Shown in pieces: positions 12,401 through 26,500 of a DNA stretch of 64,000 nt. The translations under genes were made by a program, and so were the position numbers. The notes beneath the pieces are model-generated. The model saw only the letters and a program-made list of their open reading frames with translations, was not told where the DNA came from and did no database searches. Numbering within the stretch: the first letter of the stretch is position 1; each line of letters begins with the position of its first letter. The DNA is from Auanema rhodensis (Eukaryota; Animalia; Nematoda). Location: assembly GCA_964057225.1 (NCBI GenBank), contig OZ059898.1, forward strand, positions 20,770,001 to 20,834,000, given 5' to 3'.

Positions 12401-15400
12401 CCCCATGTCCATATTAGTCTAAAAACAAATTTTTATTGATATTGGTGCATGGTAACCATGACTTTGAAATTTACGTGAACTTTAATTTATGCTAATTAAA
12501 TGTACACGTGATGTGCACTTGGTATGTAACTCGCTTCACGTGAAAGATAAAGAGATGCGGTTTCCAAAATTAGATTCCCCATGTCCATATTAGTCTAAAA
12601 ACAAATTTTTATTGATATTGGTTCATGGTAACCATGACTTTGAAATTTACGTGAACTTTAATTTATGCTAATTAAATGTACACGTGATGTGCACTTGGTA
12701 TGTAACTCGCTTCACGTGAAAGATAAAGAGATGCGGTTTTCGAAATTAGATTCCCCATGTCCATATCAGTCTAAAAACAAATTTTTATTGATATTGGTTC
12801 ATGGTAACCATGACTTTGAAATTTACGTGAACTTTAATTTATGCTAATTAAATGTACACGTGATGTGCACTTGGTATGTAACTCGCTTCACGTGAAAGAT
12901 AAAGAGATGCGGTTTTCGAAATTAGATTCCCCATGTCTATATTAGTCTAAAAACAAATTTTTATTGATATTGGTTCATGGTAACCATGACTTTGAAATTT
13001 ACGTGAACTTTAATTTATGCTAATTAAATGTACACGTGATGTGCACTTGGTATGTAACTCGCTTCACGTGAAAGATAAAGAGATGCGGTTTTCAAAATTA
13101 GATTCCCCATGTCCATATTAGTCTAAAAACAAATTTTTATTGATATTGGTTCATGGTAACCATGACTTTGAAATTTACGTGAACTTTAATTTATGCTAAT
13201 TAAATGTACACGTGATGTGCACTTGGTATGTAACTCGCTTCACGTGAAAGATAAAGAGATGCGGTTTTCAAAATTAGATTCCCCATGTCCATATTAGTCT
13301 AAAAACAAATTTTTATTGATATTGGTTCATGGTAACCATGACTTTGAAATTTACGTGAACTTTAATTTATGCTAATTAAATGTACACGTGATGTGCACTT
13401 GGTATGTAACTCGCTTCACGTGAAAGATAAAGAGATGCGGTTTTCAAAATTAGATTCCCCATGTCCATATTAGTCTAAAAACAAATTTTTATTGATATTG
13501 GTGCATGGTAACCATGACTTTGAAATTTACGTGAACTTTAATTTATGCTAATTAAATGTACACGTGATGTGCACTTGGTATGTAACTAGCTTCACGTAAA
13601 AGATAAAGAGATGCGGTTTTCAAAATTAGATTTCCCATGTCCATATTAGTCTAAAAACAAATTTTTATTGATACTGGTTCATGGTAACCATGACTTTGAA
13701 ATTTACGTGAACTTTAATTTATACTAATTAAATGTACACGTGATGTGCACTTGGTATGTAACTCGCTTCACGTGAAAGATAAAGAGATGCGGTTTTCAAA
13801 ATTAGATTTCCCATGTCCATATTAGTCTAAAAACAAATTTTTATTGATATTGGTTCATGGTAACCATGACTTTGAAATTTACGTGAACTTTAATTTATGC
13901 TAATTAAATGTACACGTGATGTGCACTTGGTATGTAACTCGCTTCACGTGAAAGATAAAGAGATGCGGTTTCCAAAATTAGATTCCCCATGTCCATATTA
14001 GTCTAATTACAAATTTTTATTGATATTGGTTCATGGTAACCATGACTTTGAAATTTACGTGAACTTTAATTTATGCTAATTAAATGTACACGTGATGTGC
14101 ACTTGGTATGTAACTCGCTTCACGTGAAAGATAAAGAGATGCGGTTTTCAAAATTAGATTCCCCATGTCCATATTAGTCTAAAAACAAATTTTTATTGAT
14201 ATTGGTTCATGGTCACCATGACTTTGAAATTTACGTGAACTTTAATTTATGCTAATTAAATGTACACGTGATGTGCACTTGGTATGTAACTCGCTTCACG
14301 TGAAAGATAAAGAGATGCGGTTTTCAAAATTAGATTCCCCATGTCCATATTAGTCTAAAAACAAATTGTTATTGATATTGGTTCATGGTAACCATGACTT
14401 TGAAATTTACGTGAACTTTAATTTATGCTAATTAAATGTACACGTCATGTGCACTTGGTATGTAACTCGCTTCACGTGAAAGATAAAGAGATGCGGTTTT
14501 CAAAATTAGATTCCCCATGTCCATATTAGTCTAAAAACAAATTTTTATTGATATTGGTGCATGGTAACCATGACTTTGAAATTTACGTGAACTTTAATTT
14601 ATGCTAATTAAATGTACACGTGATGTGCACTTGGTATGTAACTAGCTTCACGTAAAAGATAAAGAGATGCGGTTTTCAAAATTAGATTTCCCATGTCCAT
14701 ATTAGTCTAAAAACAAATTTTTATTGATACTGGTTCATGGTAACCATGACTTTGAAATTTACGTGAACTTTAATTTATGCTAATTAAATGTACACGTGAT
14801 GTGCACTTGGTATGTAACTAGCTTCACGTAAAAGATAAAGAGATGCGGTTTTCAAAATTAGATTTCCCATGTCCATATTAGTCTAAAAACAAATTTTTAT
14901 TGATACTGGTTCATGGTAACCATGACTTTGAAATTTACGTGAACTTTAATTTATGCTAATTAAATGTACACGTGATGTGCACTTGGTATGTAACTCGCTT
15001 CACGTAAAAGATAAAGAGATGCGGTTTTCAAAATTAGATTTCCCATGTCCATATTAGTCTAAAAACAAATTTTTATTGATATTGGTTCATGGTAACCATG
15101 ACTTTGAAATTTACGTGAACTTTAATTTATGCTAATTAAATGTACACGTGATGTGCACTTGGTATGTAACTCGCTTCACGTGAAAGATAAAGAGATGCGG
15201 TTTTCAAAATTAGATTCCCCATGTCCATATTAGTCTAAAAACAAATTGTTATTGATATTGGTTCATGGTAACCATGACTTTGAAATTTACGTGAACTTTA
15301 ATTTATGCTAATTAAATGTACACGTCATGTGCACTTGGTATGTAACTCGCTTCACGTGAAAGATAAAGAGATGCGGTTTTCAAAATTAGATTCCCCATGC

Positions 15401-17339
15401 CCATATTAGTCTAAAAACAAATTTTTATTGATATTGGTGCATGGTAACCATGACTTTGAAATTTACGTGAACTTTAATTTATGCTAATTAAATGTACACG
15501 TGATGTGCACTTGGTATGTAACTAGCTTCACGTAAAAGATAAAGAGATGCGGTTTTCAAAATTAGATTTCCCATGTCCATATTAGTCTAAAAACAAATTT
15601 TTATTGATACTGGTTCATGGTAACCATGACTTTGAAATTTACGTGAACTTTAATTTATGCTAATTAAATGTACACGTGATGTGCACTTGGTATGTAACTC
15701 GCTTCACGTGAAAGATAAAGAGATGCGGTTTTCAAAATCAGATTCCCCATGTCCATATTAGTCTAAAAACAAATTTTTATTGATATTGGTTCATGGTAAC
15801 CATGACTTTGAAATTTACGTGAACTTTAATTTATGCTAATTAAATGTACACGTGATGTGCACTTGGTATGTAACTCGCTTCACGTGAAAGATAAAGAGAT
15901 GCGGTTTTCAAAATCAGATTCCCCATGTCCATATTAGTCTAAAAACAAATTTTTATTGATATTGGTTCATGGTAACCATGACTTTGAAATTTACGTGAAC
16001 TTTAATTTATGCTAATTAAATGTACACGTGATGTGCACTTGGTATGTAACTCGCTTCACGTGAAAGATAAAGAGATGCGGTTTTCAAAATTAGATTCCCT
16101 ATGTCCATATTAGTCTAAAAACAAATTGTTATTGATATTGGTGCATGGTAACCATGACTTTGAAATTTACGTGAACTTTAATTTATGCTAATTAAATGTA
16201 CACGTGATGTGCACTTGGTATGTAACTCGCTTCACGTGAAAGATAAAGAGATGCGGTTTTCAAAATTAGATTCCCCATGTCCATATTAGTCTAAAAACAA
16301 ATTTTTATTGATATTGGTTCATGGTCACCATGACTTTGAAATTTACGTGAACTTTAATTTATGCTAATTAAATGTACACGTGATGTGCACTTGGTATGTA
16401 ACTCGCTTCACGTGAAAGATAAAGAGATGCGGTTTTCAAAATTAGATTTCCCATGTCCATATTAGTCTAAAAACAAATTTTTATTGATACTGGTTCATGG
16501 TAACCATGACTTTGAAATTTACGTGAACTTTAATTTATGCTAATTAAATGTACACGTGATGTGCACTTGGTATGTAACTCGCTTCACGTGAAAGATAAAG
16601 AGATGCGGTTTTCAAAATCAGATTCCCCATGTCCATATTAGTCTAAAAACAAATTTTTATTGATATTGGTTCATGGTAACCATGACTTTGAAATTTACGT
16701 GAACTTTAATTTATGCTAATTAAATGTACACGTGATGTGCACTTGGTATGTAACTCGCTTCACGTGAAAGATAAAGAGATGCGGTTTTCAAAATCAGATT
16801 CCCCATGTCCATATTAGTCTAAAAACAAATTTTTATTGATATTGGTGCATGGTAACCATGACTTTGAAATTTACGTGAACTTTAATTTATGCTAATTAAA
16901 TGTACACGTGATGTGCACTTGGTATGTAACTCGTTTCACGTGAAAGATAAAGAGATGCGGTTTTCAAAATTAGATTCCCCATGTCCATATTAGTCTAAAA
17001 ACAAATTTTTATTGATATTGGTTCATGGTAACCATGACTTTGAAATTTACGTGAACTTTAATTTATGCTAATTAAATGTACACGTGATGTGCACTTGGTA
17101 TGTAACTCGCTTCACGTGAAAGATAAAGAGATGCGGTTTTCAAAATTAGATTCCCTATGTCCATATTAGTCTAAAAACAAATTGTTATTGATATTGGTGC
17201 ATGGTAACCATGACTTTGAAATTTACGTGAACTTTAATTTATGCTAATTAAATGTACACGTGATGTGCACTTGGTATGTAACTCGCTTCACGTGAAAGAT
17301 AAAGAGATGCGGTTTTCAAAATTAGATTCCCCATGTCCA

Positions 17340-20300
17340 TATTAGTCTAAAAACAAATTTTTATTGATATTGGTTCATGGTAACCATGACTTTGAAATTT
17401 ACGTGAACTTTAATTTATGCTAATTAAATGTACACGTGATGTGCACTTGGTATGTAACTAGCTTCACGTAAAAGATAAAGAGATGCGGTTTTCAAAATTA
17501 GATTTCCCATGTCCATATTAGTCTAAAAACAAATTTTTATTGATACTGGTTCATGGTAACCATGACTTTGAAATTTACGTGAACTTTAATTTATGCTAAT
17601 TAAATGTACACGTGATGTGCACTTGGTATGTAACTAGCTTCACGTAAAAGATAAAGAGATGCGGTTTTCAAAATTAGATTTCCCATGTCCATATTAGTCT
17701 AAAAACAAATTTTTATTGATACTGGTTCATGGTAACCATGACTTTGAAATTTACGTGAACTTTAATTTATGCTAATTAAATGTACACGTGATGTGCACTT
17801 GGTATGTAACTCGCTTCACGTGAAAGATAAAGAGATGCGGTTTTCAAAATCAGATTCCCCATGTCCATATTAGTCTAAAAACAAATTTTTATTGATATTG
17901 GTTCATGGTAACCATGACTTTGAAATTTACGTGAACTTTAATTTATGCTAATTAAATGTACACGTGATGTGCACTTGGTATGTAACTCGTTTCACGTGAA
18001 AGATAAAGAGATGCGGTTTTCAAAATTAGATTCCCCATGTCCATATTAGTCTAAAAACAAATTTTTATTGATATTGGTTCATGGTAACCATGACTTTGAA
18101 ATTTACGTGAACTTTAATTTATGCTAATTAAATGTACACGTGATGTGCACTTGGTATGTAACTCGCTTCACGTGAAAGATAAAGAGATGCGGTTTTCAAA
18201 ATTAGATTCCCTATGTCCATATTAGTCTAAAAACAAATTGTTATTGATATTGGTGCATGGTAACCATGACTTTGAAATTTACGTGAACTTTAATTTATGC
18301 TAATTAAATGTACACGTGATGTGCACTTGGTATGTAACTCGCTTCACGTGAAAGATAAAGAGATGCGGTTTTCAAAATTAGATTCCCCATGTCCATATTA
18401 GTCTAAAAACAAATTTTTATTGATATTGGTTCATGGTAACCATGACTTTGAAATTTACGTGAACTTTAATTTATGCTAATTAAAATGTACACGTGATGTG
18501 CACTTGGTATGTAACTAGCTTCACGTAAAAGATAAAGAGATGCGGTTTTCAAAATTAGATTTCCCATGTCCATATTAGTCTAAAAACAAATTTTTATTGA
18601 TACTGGTTCATGGTAACCATGACTTTGAAATTTACGTGAACTTTAATTTATGCTAATTAAATGTACACGTGATGTGCACTTGGTATGTAACTAGCTTCAC
18701 GTAAAAGATAAAGAGATGCGGTTTTCAAAATTAGATTTCCCATGTCCATATTAGTCTAAAAACAAATTTTTATTGATACTGGTTCATGGTAACCATGACT
18801 TTGAAATTTACGTGAACTTTAATTTATGCTAATTAAATGTACACGTGATGTGCACTTGGTATGTAACTCGCTTCACGTAAAAGATAAAGAGATGCGGTTT
18901 TCAAAATTAGATTTCCCATGTCCATATTAGTCTAAAAACAAATTTTTATTGATATTGGTTCATGGTAACCATGACTTTGAAATTTACGTGAACTTTAATT
19001 TATGCTAATTAAATGTACACGTGATGTGCACTTGGTATGTAACTCGCTTCACGTGAAAGATTAAGAGATGCGGTTTTCAAAATTAGATTCCCCATGTCCA
19101 TATTAGTCTAAAAACAAATTGTTATTGATATTGGTTCATGGTAACCATGACTTTGAAATTTACGTGAACTTTAATTTATGCTAATTAAATGTACACGTCA
19201 TGTGCACTTGGTATGTAACTCGCTTCACGTGAAAGATAAAGAGATGCGGTTTTCAAAATTAGATTCCCCATGCCCATATTAGTCTAAAAACAAATTTTTA
19301 TTGATATTGGTGCATGGTAACCATGACTTTGAAATTTACGTGAACTTTAATTTATGCTAATTAAATGTACACGTGATGTGCACTTGGTATGTAACTAGCT
19401 TCACGTAAAAGATAAAGAGATGCGGTTTTCAAAATTAGATTTCCCATGTCCATATTAGTCTAAAAACAAATTTTTATTGATACTGGTTCATGGTAACCAT
19501 GACTTTGAAATTTACGTGAACTTTAATTTATGCTAATTAAATGTACACGTGATGTGCACTTGGTATGTAACTCGCTTCACGTGAAAGATAAAGAGATGCG
19601 GTTTTCAAAATCAGATTCCCCATGTCCATATTAGTCTAAAAACAAATTTTTATTGATATTGGTTCATGGTAACCATGACTTTGAAATTTACGTGAACTTT
19701 AATTTATGCTAATTAAATGTACACGTCATGTGCACTTGGTATGTAACTCGCTTCACGTGAAAGATAAAGAGATGCGGTTTTCAAAATTAGATTCCCCATG
19801 CCCATATTAGTCTAAAAACAAATTTTTATTGATATTGGTGCATGGTAACCATGACTTTGAAATTTACGTGAACTTTAATTTATGCTAATTAAATGTACAC
19901 GTGATGTGCACTTGGTATGTAACTAGCTTCACGTAAAAGATAAAGAGATGCGGTTTTCAAAATTAGATTTCCCATGTCCATATTAGTCTAAAAACAAATT
20001 TTTATTGATACTGGTTCATGGTAACCATGACTTTGAAATTTACGTGAACTTTAATTTATGCTAATTAAATGTACACGTGATGTGCACTTGGTATGTAACT
20101 CGCTTCACGTGAAAGATAAAGAGATGCGGTTTTCAAAATCAGATTCCCCATGTCCATATTAGTCTAAAAACAAATTTTTATTGATATTGGTTCATGGTAA
20201 CCATGACTTTGAAATTTACGTGAACTTTAATTTATGCTAATTAAATGTACACGTGATGTGGACTTGGTATGTAACTCGCTTCACGTGAAAGATAAAGAGA

Positions 20301-23300
20301 TGCGGTTTTCAAAATCAGATTCCCCATGTCCATATTAGTCTAAAAACAAATTTTTATTGATATTGGTGCATGGTAACCATGACTTTGAAATTTACGTGAA
20401 CTTTAATTTATGCTAATTAAATGTACACGTGATGTGCACTTGGTATGTAACTCGTTTCACGTGAAAGATAAAGAGATGCGGTTTTCAAAATTAGATTCCC
20501 CATGTCCATATTAGTCTAAAAACAAATTTTTATTGATATTGGTTCATGGTAACCATGACTTTGAAATTTACGTGAACTTTAATTTATGCTAATTAAATGT
20601 ACACGTGATGTGCACTTGGTATGTAACTCGCTTCACGTGAAAGATAAAGAGATGCGGTTTTCAAAATTAGATTCCCTATGTCCATATTAGTCTAAAAACA
20701 AATTTTTATTGATATTGGTTCATGGTAACCATGACTTTGAAATTTACGTGAACTTTAATTTATGCTAATTAAATGTACACGTGATGTGCACTTGGTATGT
20801 AACTAGCTTCACGTAAAAGATAAAGAGATGCGGTTTTCAAAATTAGATTTCCCATGTCCATATTAGTCTAAAAACAAATTTTTATTGATACTGGTTCATG
20901 GTAACCATGACTTTGAAATTTACGTGAACTTTAATTTATGCTAATTAAATGTACACGTGATGTGCACTTGGTATGTAACTAGCTTCACGTAAAAGATAAA
21001 GAGATGCGGTTTTCAAAATTAGATTTCCCATGTCCATATTAGTCTAAAAACAAATTTTTATTGATACTGGTTCATGGTAACCATGACTTTGAAATTTACG
21101 TGAACTTTAATTTATGCTAATTAAATGTACACGTGATGTGCACTTGGTATGTAACTCGCTTCACGTGAAAGATAAAGAGATGCGGTTTTCAAAATCAGAT
21201 TCCCCATGTCCATATTAGTCTAAAAACAAATTTTTATTGATATTGGTTCATGGTAACCATGACTTTGAAATTTACGTGAACTTTAATTTATGCTAATTAA
21301 ATGTACACGTGATGTGCACTTGGTATGTAACTCGTTTCACGTGAAAGATAAAGAGATGCGGTTTTCAAAATTAGATTCCCCATGTCCATATTAGTCTAAA
21401 AACAAATTTTTATTGATATTGGTTCATGGTAACCATGACTTTGAAATTTACGTGAACTTTAATTTATGCTAATTAAATGTACACGTGATGTGCACTTGGT
21501 ATGTAACTCGCTTCACGTGAAAGATAAAGAGATGCGGTTTTCAAAATTAGATTCCCTATGTCCATATTAGTCTAAAAACAAATTGTTATTGATATTGGTG
21601 CATGGTAACCATGACTTTGAAATTTACGTGAACTTTAATTTATGCTAATTAAATGTACACGTGATGTGCACTTGGTATGTAACTCGCTTCACGTGAAAGA
21701 TAAAGAGATGCGGTTTTCAAAATTAGATTCCCCATGTCCATATTAGTCTAAAAACAAATTTTTATTGATATTGGTTCATGGTAACCATGACTTTGAAATT
21801 TACGTGAACTTTAATTTATGCTAATTAAAATGTACACGTGATGTGCACTTGGTATGTAACTAGCTTCACGTAAAAGATAAAGAGATGCGGTTTTCAAAAT
21901 TAGATTTCCCATGTCCATATTAGTCTAAAAACAAATTTTTATTGATACTGGTTCATGGTAACCATGACTTTGAAATTTACGTGAACTTTAATTTATGCTA
22001 ATTAAATGTACACGTGATGTGCACTTGGTATGTAACTAGCTTCACGTAAAAGATAAAGAGATGCGGTTTTCAAAATTAGATTTCCCATGTCCATATTAGT
22101 CTAAAAACAAATTTTTATTGATACTGGTTCATGGTAACCATGACTTTGAAATTTACGTGAACTTTAATTTATGCTAATTAAATGTACACGTGATGTGCAC
22201 TTGGTATGTAACTCGCTTCACGTAAAAGATAAAGAGATGCGGTTTTCAAAATTAGATTTCCCATGTCCATATTAGTCTAAAAACAAATTTTTATTGATAT
22301 TGGTTCATGGTAACCATGACTTTGAAATTTACGTGAACTTTAATTTATGCTAATTAAATGTACACGTGATGTGCACTTGGTATGTAACTCGCTTCACGTG
22401 AAAGATAAAGAGATGCGGTTTTCAAAATTAGATTCCCCATGTCCATATTAGTCTAAAAACAAATTGTTATTGATATTGGTTCATGGTAACCATGACTTTG
22501 AAATTTACGTGAACTTTAATTTATGCTAATTAAATGTACACGTCATGTGCACTTGGTATGTAACTCGCTTCACGTGAAAGATAAAGAGATGCGGTTTTCA
22601 AAATTAGATTCCCCATGCCCATATTAGTCTAAAAACAAATTTTTATTGATATTGGTGCATGGTAACCATGACTTTGAAATTTACGTGAACTTTAATTTAT
22701 GCTAATTAAATGTACACGTGATGTGCACTTGGTATGTAACTAGCTTCACGTAAAAGATAAAGAGATGCGGTTTTCAAAATTAGATTTCCCATGTCCATAT
22801 TAGTCTAAAAACAAATTTTTATTGATACTGGTTCATGGTAACCATGACTTTGAAATTTACGTGAACTTTAATTTATGCTAATTAAATGTACACGTGATGT
22901 GCACTTGGTATGTAACTCGCTTCACGTGAAAGATAAAGAGATGCGGTTTTCAAAATCAGATTCCCCATGTCCATATTAGTCTAAAAACAAATTTTTATTG
23001 ATATTGGTTCATGGTAACCATGACTTTGAAATTTACGTGAACTTTAATTTATGCTAATTAAATGTACACGTGATGTGGACTTGGTATGTAACTCGCTTCA
23101 CGTGAAAGATAAAGAGATGCGGTTTTCAAAATCAGATTCCCCATGTCCATATTAGTCTAAAAACAAATTTTTATTGATATTGGTGCATGGTAACCATGAC
23201 TTTGAAATTTACGTGAACTTTAATTTATGCTAATTAAATGTACACGTGATGTGCACTTGGTATGTAACTCGTTTCACGTGAAAGATAAAGAGATGCGGTT

Positions 23301-23500
23301 TTCAAAATTAGATTCCCCATGTCCATATTAGTCTAAAAACAAATTTTTATTGATATTGGTTCATGGTAACCATGACTTTGAAATTTACGTGAACTTTAAT
23401 TTATGCTAATTAAATGTACACGTGATGTGCACTTGGTATGTAACTCGCTTCACGTGAAAGATAAAGAGATGCGGTTTTCAAAATTAGATTCCCTATGTCC
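17340..23500 (+). repeat. Tandem duplication of a 16-monomer block; the first copy is 19 monomers because of an internal 3-mer repeat
   Basis: Shared +A insertion in the monomers at 18481 and 21826 (3345 bp = 19x176+1). Shared C20G in the monomers at 20242 and 23059 (16 monomers apart). Monomers 19186-19713 are repeated at 19714-20241. Outer boundaries are approximate. Confidence 0.85.
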
Positions 23501-26500
23501 ATATTAGTCTAAAAACAAATTGTTATTGATATTGGTGCATGGTAACCATGACTTTGAAATTTACGTGAACTTTAATTTATGCTAATTAAATGTACACGTG
23601 ATGTGCACTTGGTATGTAACTCGCTTCACGTGAAAGATAAAGAGATGCGGTTTTCAAAATTAGATTCCCCATGTCCATATTAGTCTAAAAACAAATTTTT
23701 ATTGATATTGGTTCATGGTCACCATGACTTTGAAATTTACGTGAACTTTAATTTATGCTAATTAAATGTACACGTGATGTGCACTTGGTATGTAACTCGC
23801 TTCACGTGAAAGATAAAGAGATGCGGTTTTCAAAATTAGATTTCCCATGTCCATATTAGTCTAAAAACAAATTTTTATTGATACTGGTTCATGGTAACCA
23901 TGACTTTGAAATTTACGTGAACTTTAATTTATGCTAATTAAATGTACACGTGATGTGCACTTGGTATGTAACTCGCTTCACGTGAAAGATAAAGAGATGC
24001 GGTTTTCAAAATCAGATTCCCCATGTCCATATTAGTCTAAAAACAAATTTTTATTGATATTGGTTCATGGTAACCATGACTTTGAAATTTACGTGAACTT
24101 TAATTTATGCTAATTAAATGTACACGTGATGTGCACTTGGTATGTAACTCGCTTCACGTGAAAGATAAAGAGATGCGGTTTTCAAAATCAGATTCCCCAT
24201 GTCCATATTAGTCTAAAAACAAATTTTTATTGATATTGGTGCATGGTAACCATGACTTTGAAATTTACGTGAACTTTAATTTATGCTAATTAAATGTACA
24301 CGTGATGTGCACTTGGTATGTAACTCGTTTCACGTGAAAGATAAAGAGATGCGGTTTTCAAAATTAGATTCCCCATGTCCATATTAGTCTAAAAACAAAT
24401 TTTTATTGATATTGGTTCATGGTAACCATGACTTTGAAATTTACGTGAACTTTAATTTATGCTAATTAAATGTACACGTGATGTGCACTTGGTATGTAAC
24501 TCGCTTCACGTGAAAGATAAAGAGATGCGGTTTTCAAAATTAGATTCCCTATGTCCATATTAGTCTAAAAACAAATTGTTATTGATATTGGTGCATGGTA
24601 ACCATGACTTTGAAATTTACGTGAACTTTAATTTATGCTAATTAAATGTACACGTGATGTGCACTTGGTATGTAACTCGCTTCACGTGAAAGATAAAGAG
24701 ATGCGGTTTTCAAAATTAGATTCCCCATGTCCATATTAGTCTAAAAACAAATTTTTATTGATATTGGTTCATGGTCACCATGACTTTGAAATTTACGTGA
24801 ACTTTAATTTATGCTAATTAAATGTACACGTGATGTGCACTTGGTATGTAACTCGCTTCACGTGAAAGATAAAGAGATGCGGTTTTCAAAATTAGATTCC
24901 CCATGTCCATATTAGTCTAAAAACAAATTGTTATTGATATTGGTTCATGGTAACCATGACTTTGAAATTTACGTGAACTTTAATTTATGCTAATTAAATG
25001 TACACGTCATGTGCACTTGGTATGTAACTCGCTTCACGTGAAAGATAAAGAGATGCGGTTTTCAAAATTAGATTCCCCATGTCCATATTAGTCTAAAAAC
25101 AAATTTTTATTGATATTGGTGCATGGTAACCATGACTTTGAAATTTACGTGAACTTTAATTTATGCTAATTAAATGTACACGTGATGTGCACTTGGTATG
25201 TAACTAGCTTCACGTAAAAGATAAAGAGATGCGGTTTTCAAAATTAGATTTCCCATGTCCATATTAGTCTAAAAACAAATTTTTATTGATACTGGTTCAT
25301 GGTAACCATGACTTTGAAATTTACGTGAACTTTAATTTATGCTAATTAAATGTACACGTGATGTGCACTTGGTATGTAACTAGCTTCACGTAAAAGATAA
25401 AGAGATGCGGTTTTCAAAATTAGATTTCCCATGTCCATATTAGTCTAAAAACAAATTTTTATTGATACTGGTTCATGGTAACCATGACTTTGAAATTTAC
25501 GTGAACTTTAATTTATGCTAATTAAATGTACACGTGATGTGCACTTGGTATGTAACTCGCTTCACGTAAAAGATAAAGAGATGCGGTTTTCAAAATTAGA
25601 TTTCCCATGTCCATATTAGTCTAAAAACAAATTTTTATTGATATTGGTTCATGGTAACCATGACTTTGAAATTTACGTGAACTTTAATTTATGCTAATTA
25701 AATGTACACGTGATGTGCACTTGGTATGTAACTCGCTTCACGTGAAAGATAAAGAGATGCGGTTTTCAAAATTAGATTCCCCATGTCCATATTAGTCTAA
25801 AAACAAATTGTTATTGATATTGGTTCATGGTAACCATGACTTTGAAATTTACGTGAACTTTAATTTATGCTAATTAAATGTACACGTGATGTGCACTTGG
25901 TATGTAACTAGCTTCACGTAAAAGATAAAGAGATGGGGTTTTCAAAATTAGATTTCCCATGTCCATATTAGTCTAAAAACAAATTTTTATTGATATTGGT
26001 TCATGGTAACCATGACTTTGAAATTTACGTGAACTTTAATTTATGCTAATTAAATGTACACGTGATGTGCACTTGGTTTGTAACTAGCTTCACGTAAAAG
26101 ATAAAGAGATGCGGTTTTCAAAATTAGATTTCCCATGTCCATATTAGTCTAAAAACAAATTTTTATTGATACTGGTTCATGGTAACCATGACTTTGAAAT
26201 TTACGTGAACTTTAATTTATGCTAATTAAATGTACACGTGATGTGCACTTGGTATGTAACTCGCTTCACGTGAAAGATAAAGAGATGCGGTTTTCAAAAT
26301 TAGATTTCCCATGTCCATATTAGTCTAAAAACAAATTTTTATTGATACTGGTTCATGGTAACCATGACTTTGAAATTTACGTGAACTTTAATTTATGCTA
26401 ATTAAATGTACACGTGATGTGCACTTGGTATGTAACTCGCTTCACGTGAAAGATAAAGAGATGCGGTTTTCAAAATTAGATTCCCCATGTCCATATTAGT

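Noticed and set aside
12665-12847. Second 60-aa ORF
   Set aside because: Same T95C SNP (12767), copied by a 6-monomer duplication. A third T95C at 36529 lacks the ATG because of G171A upstream.
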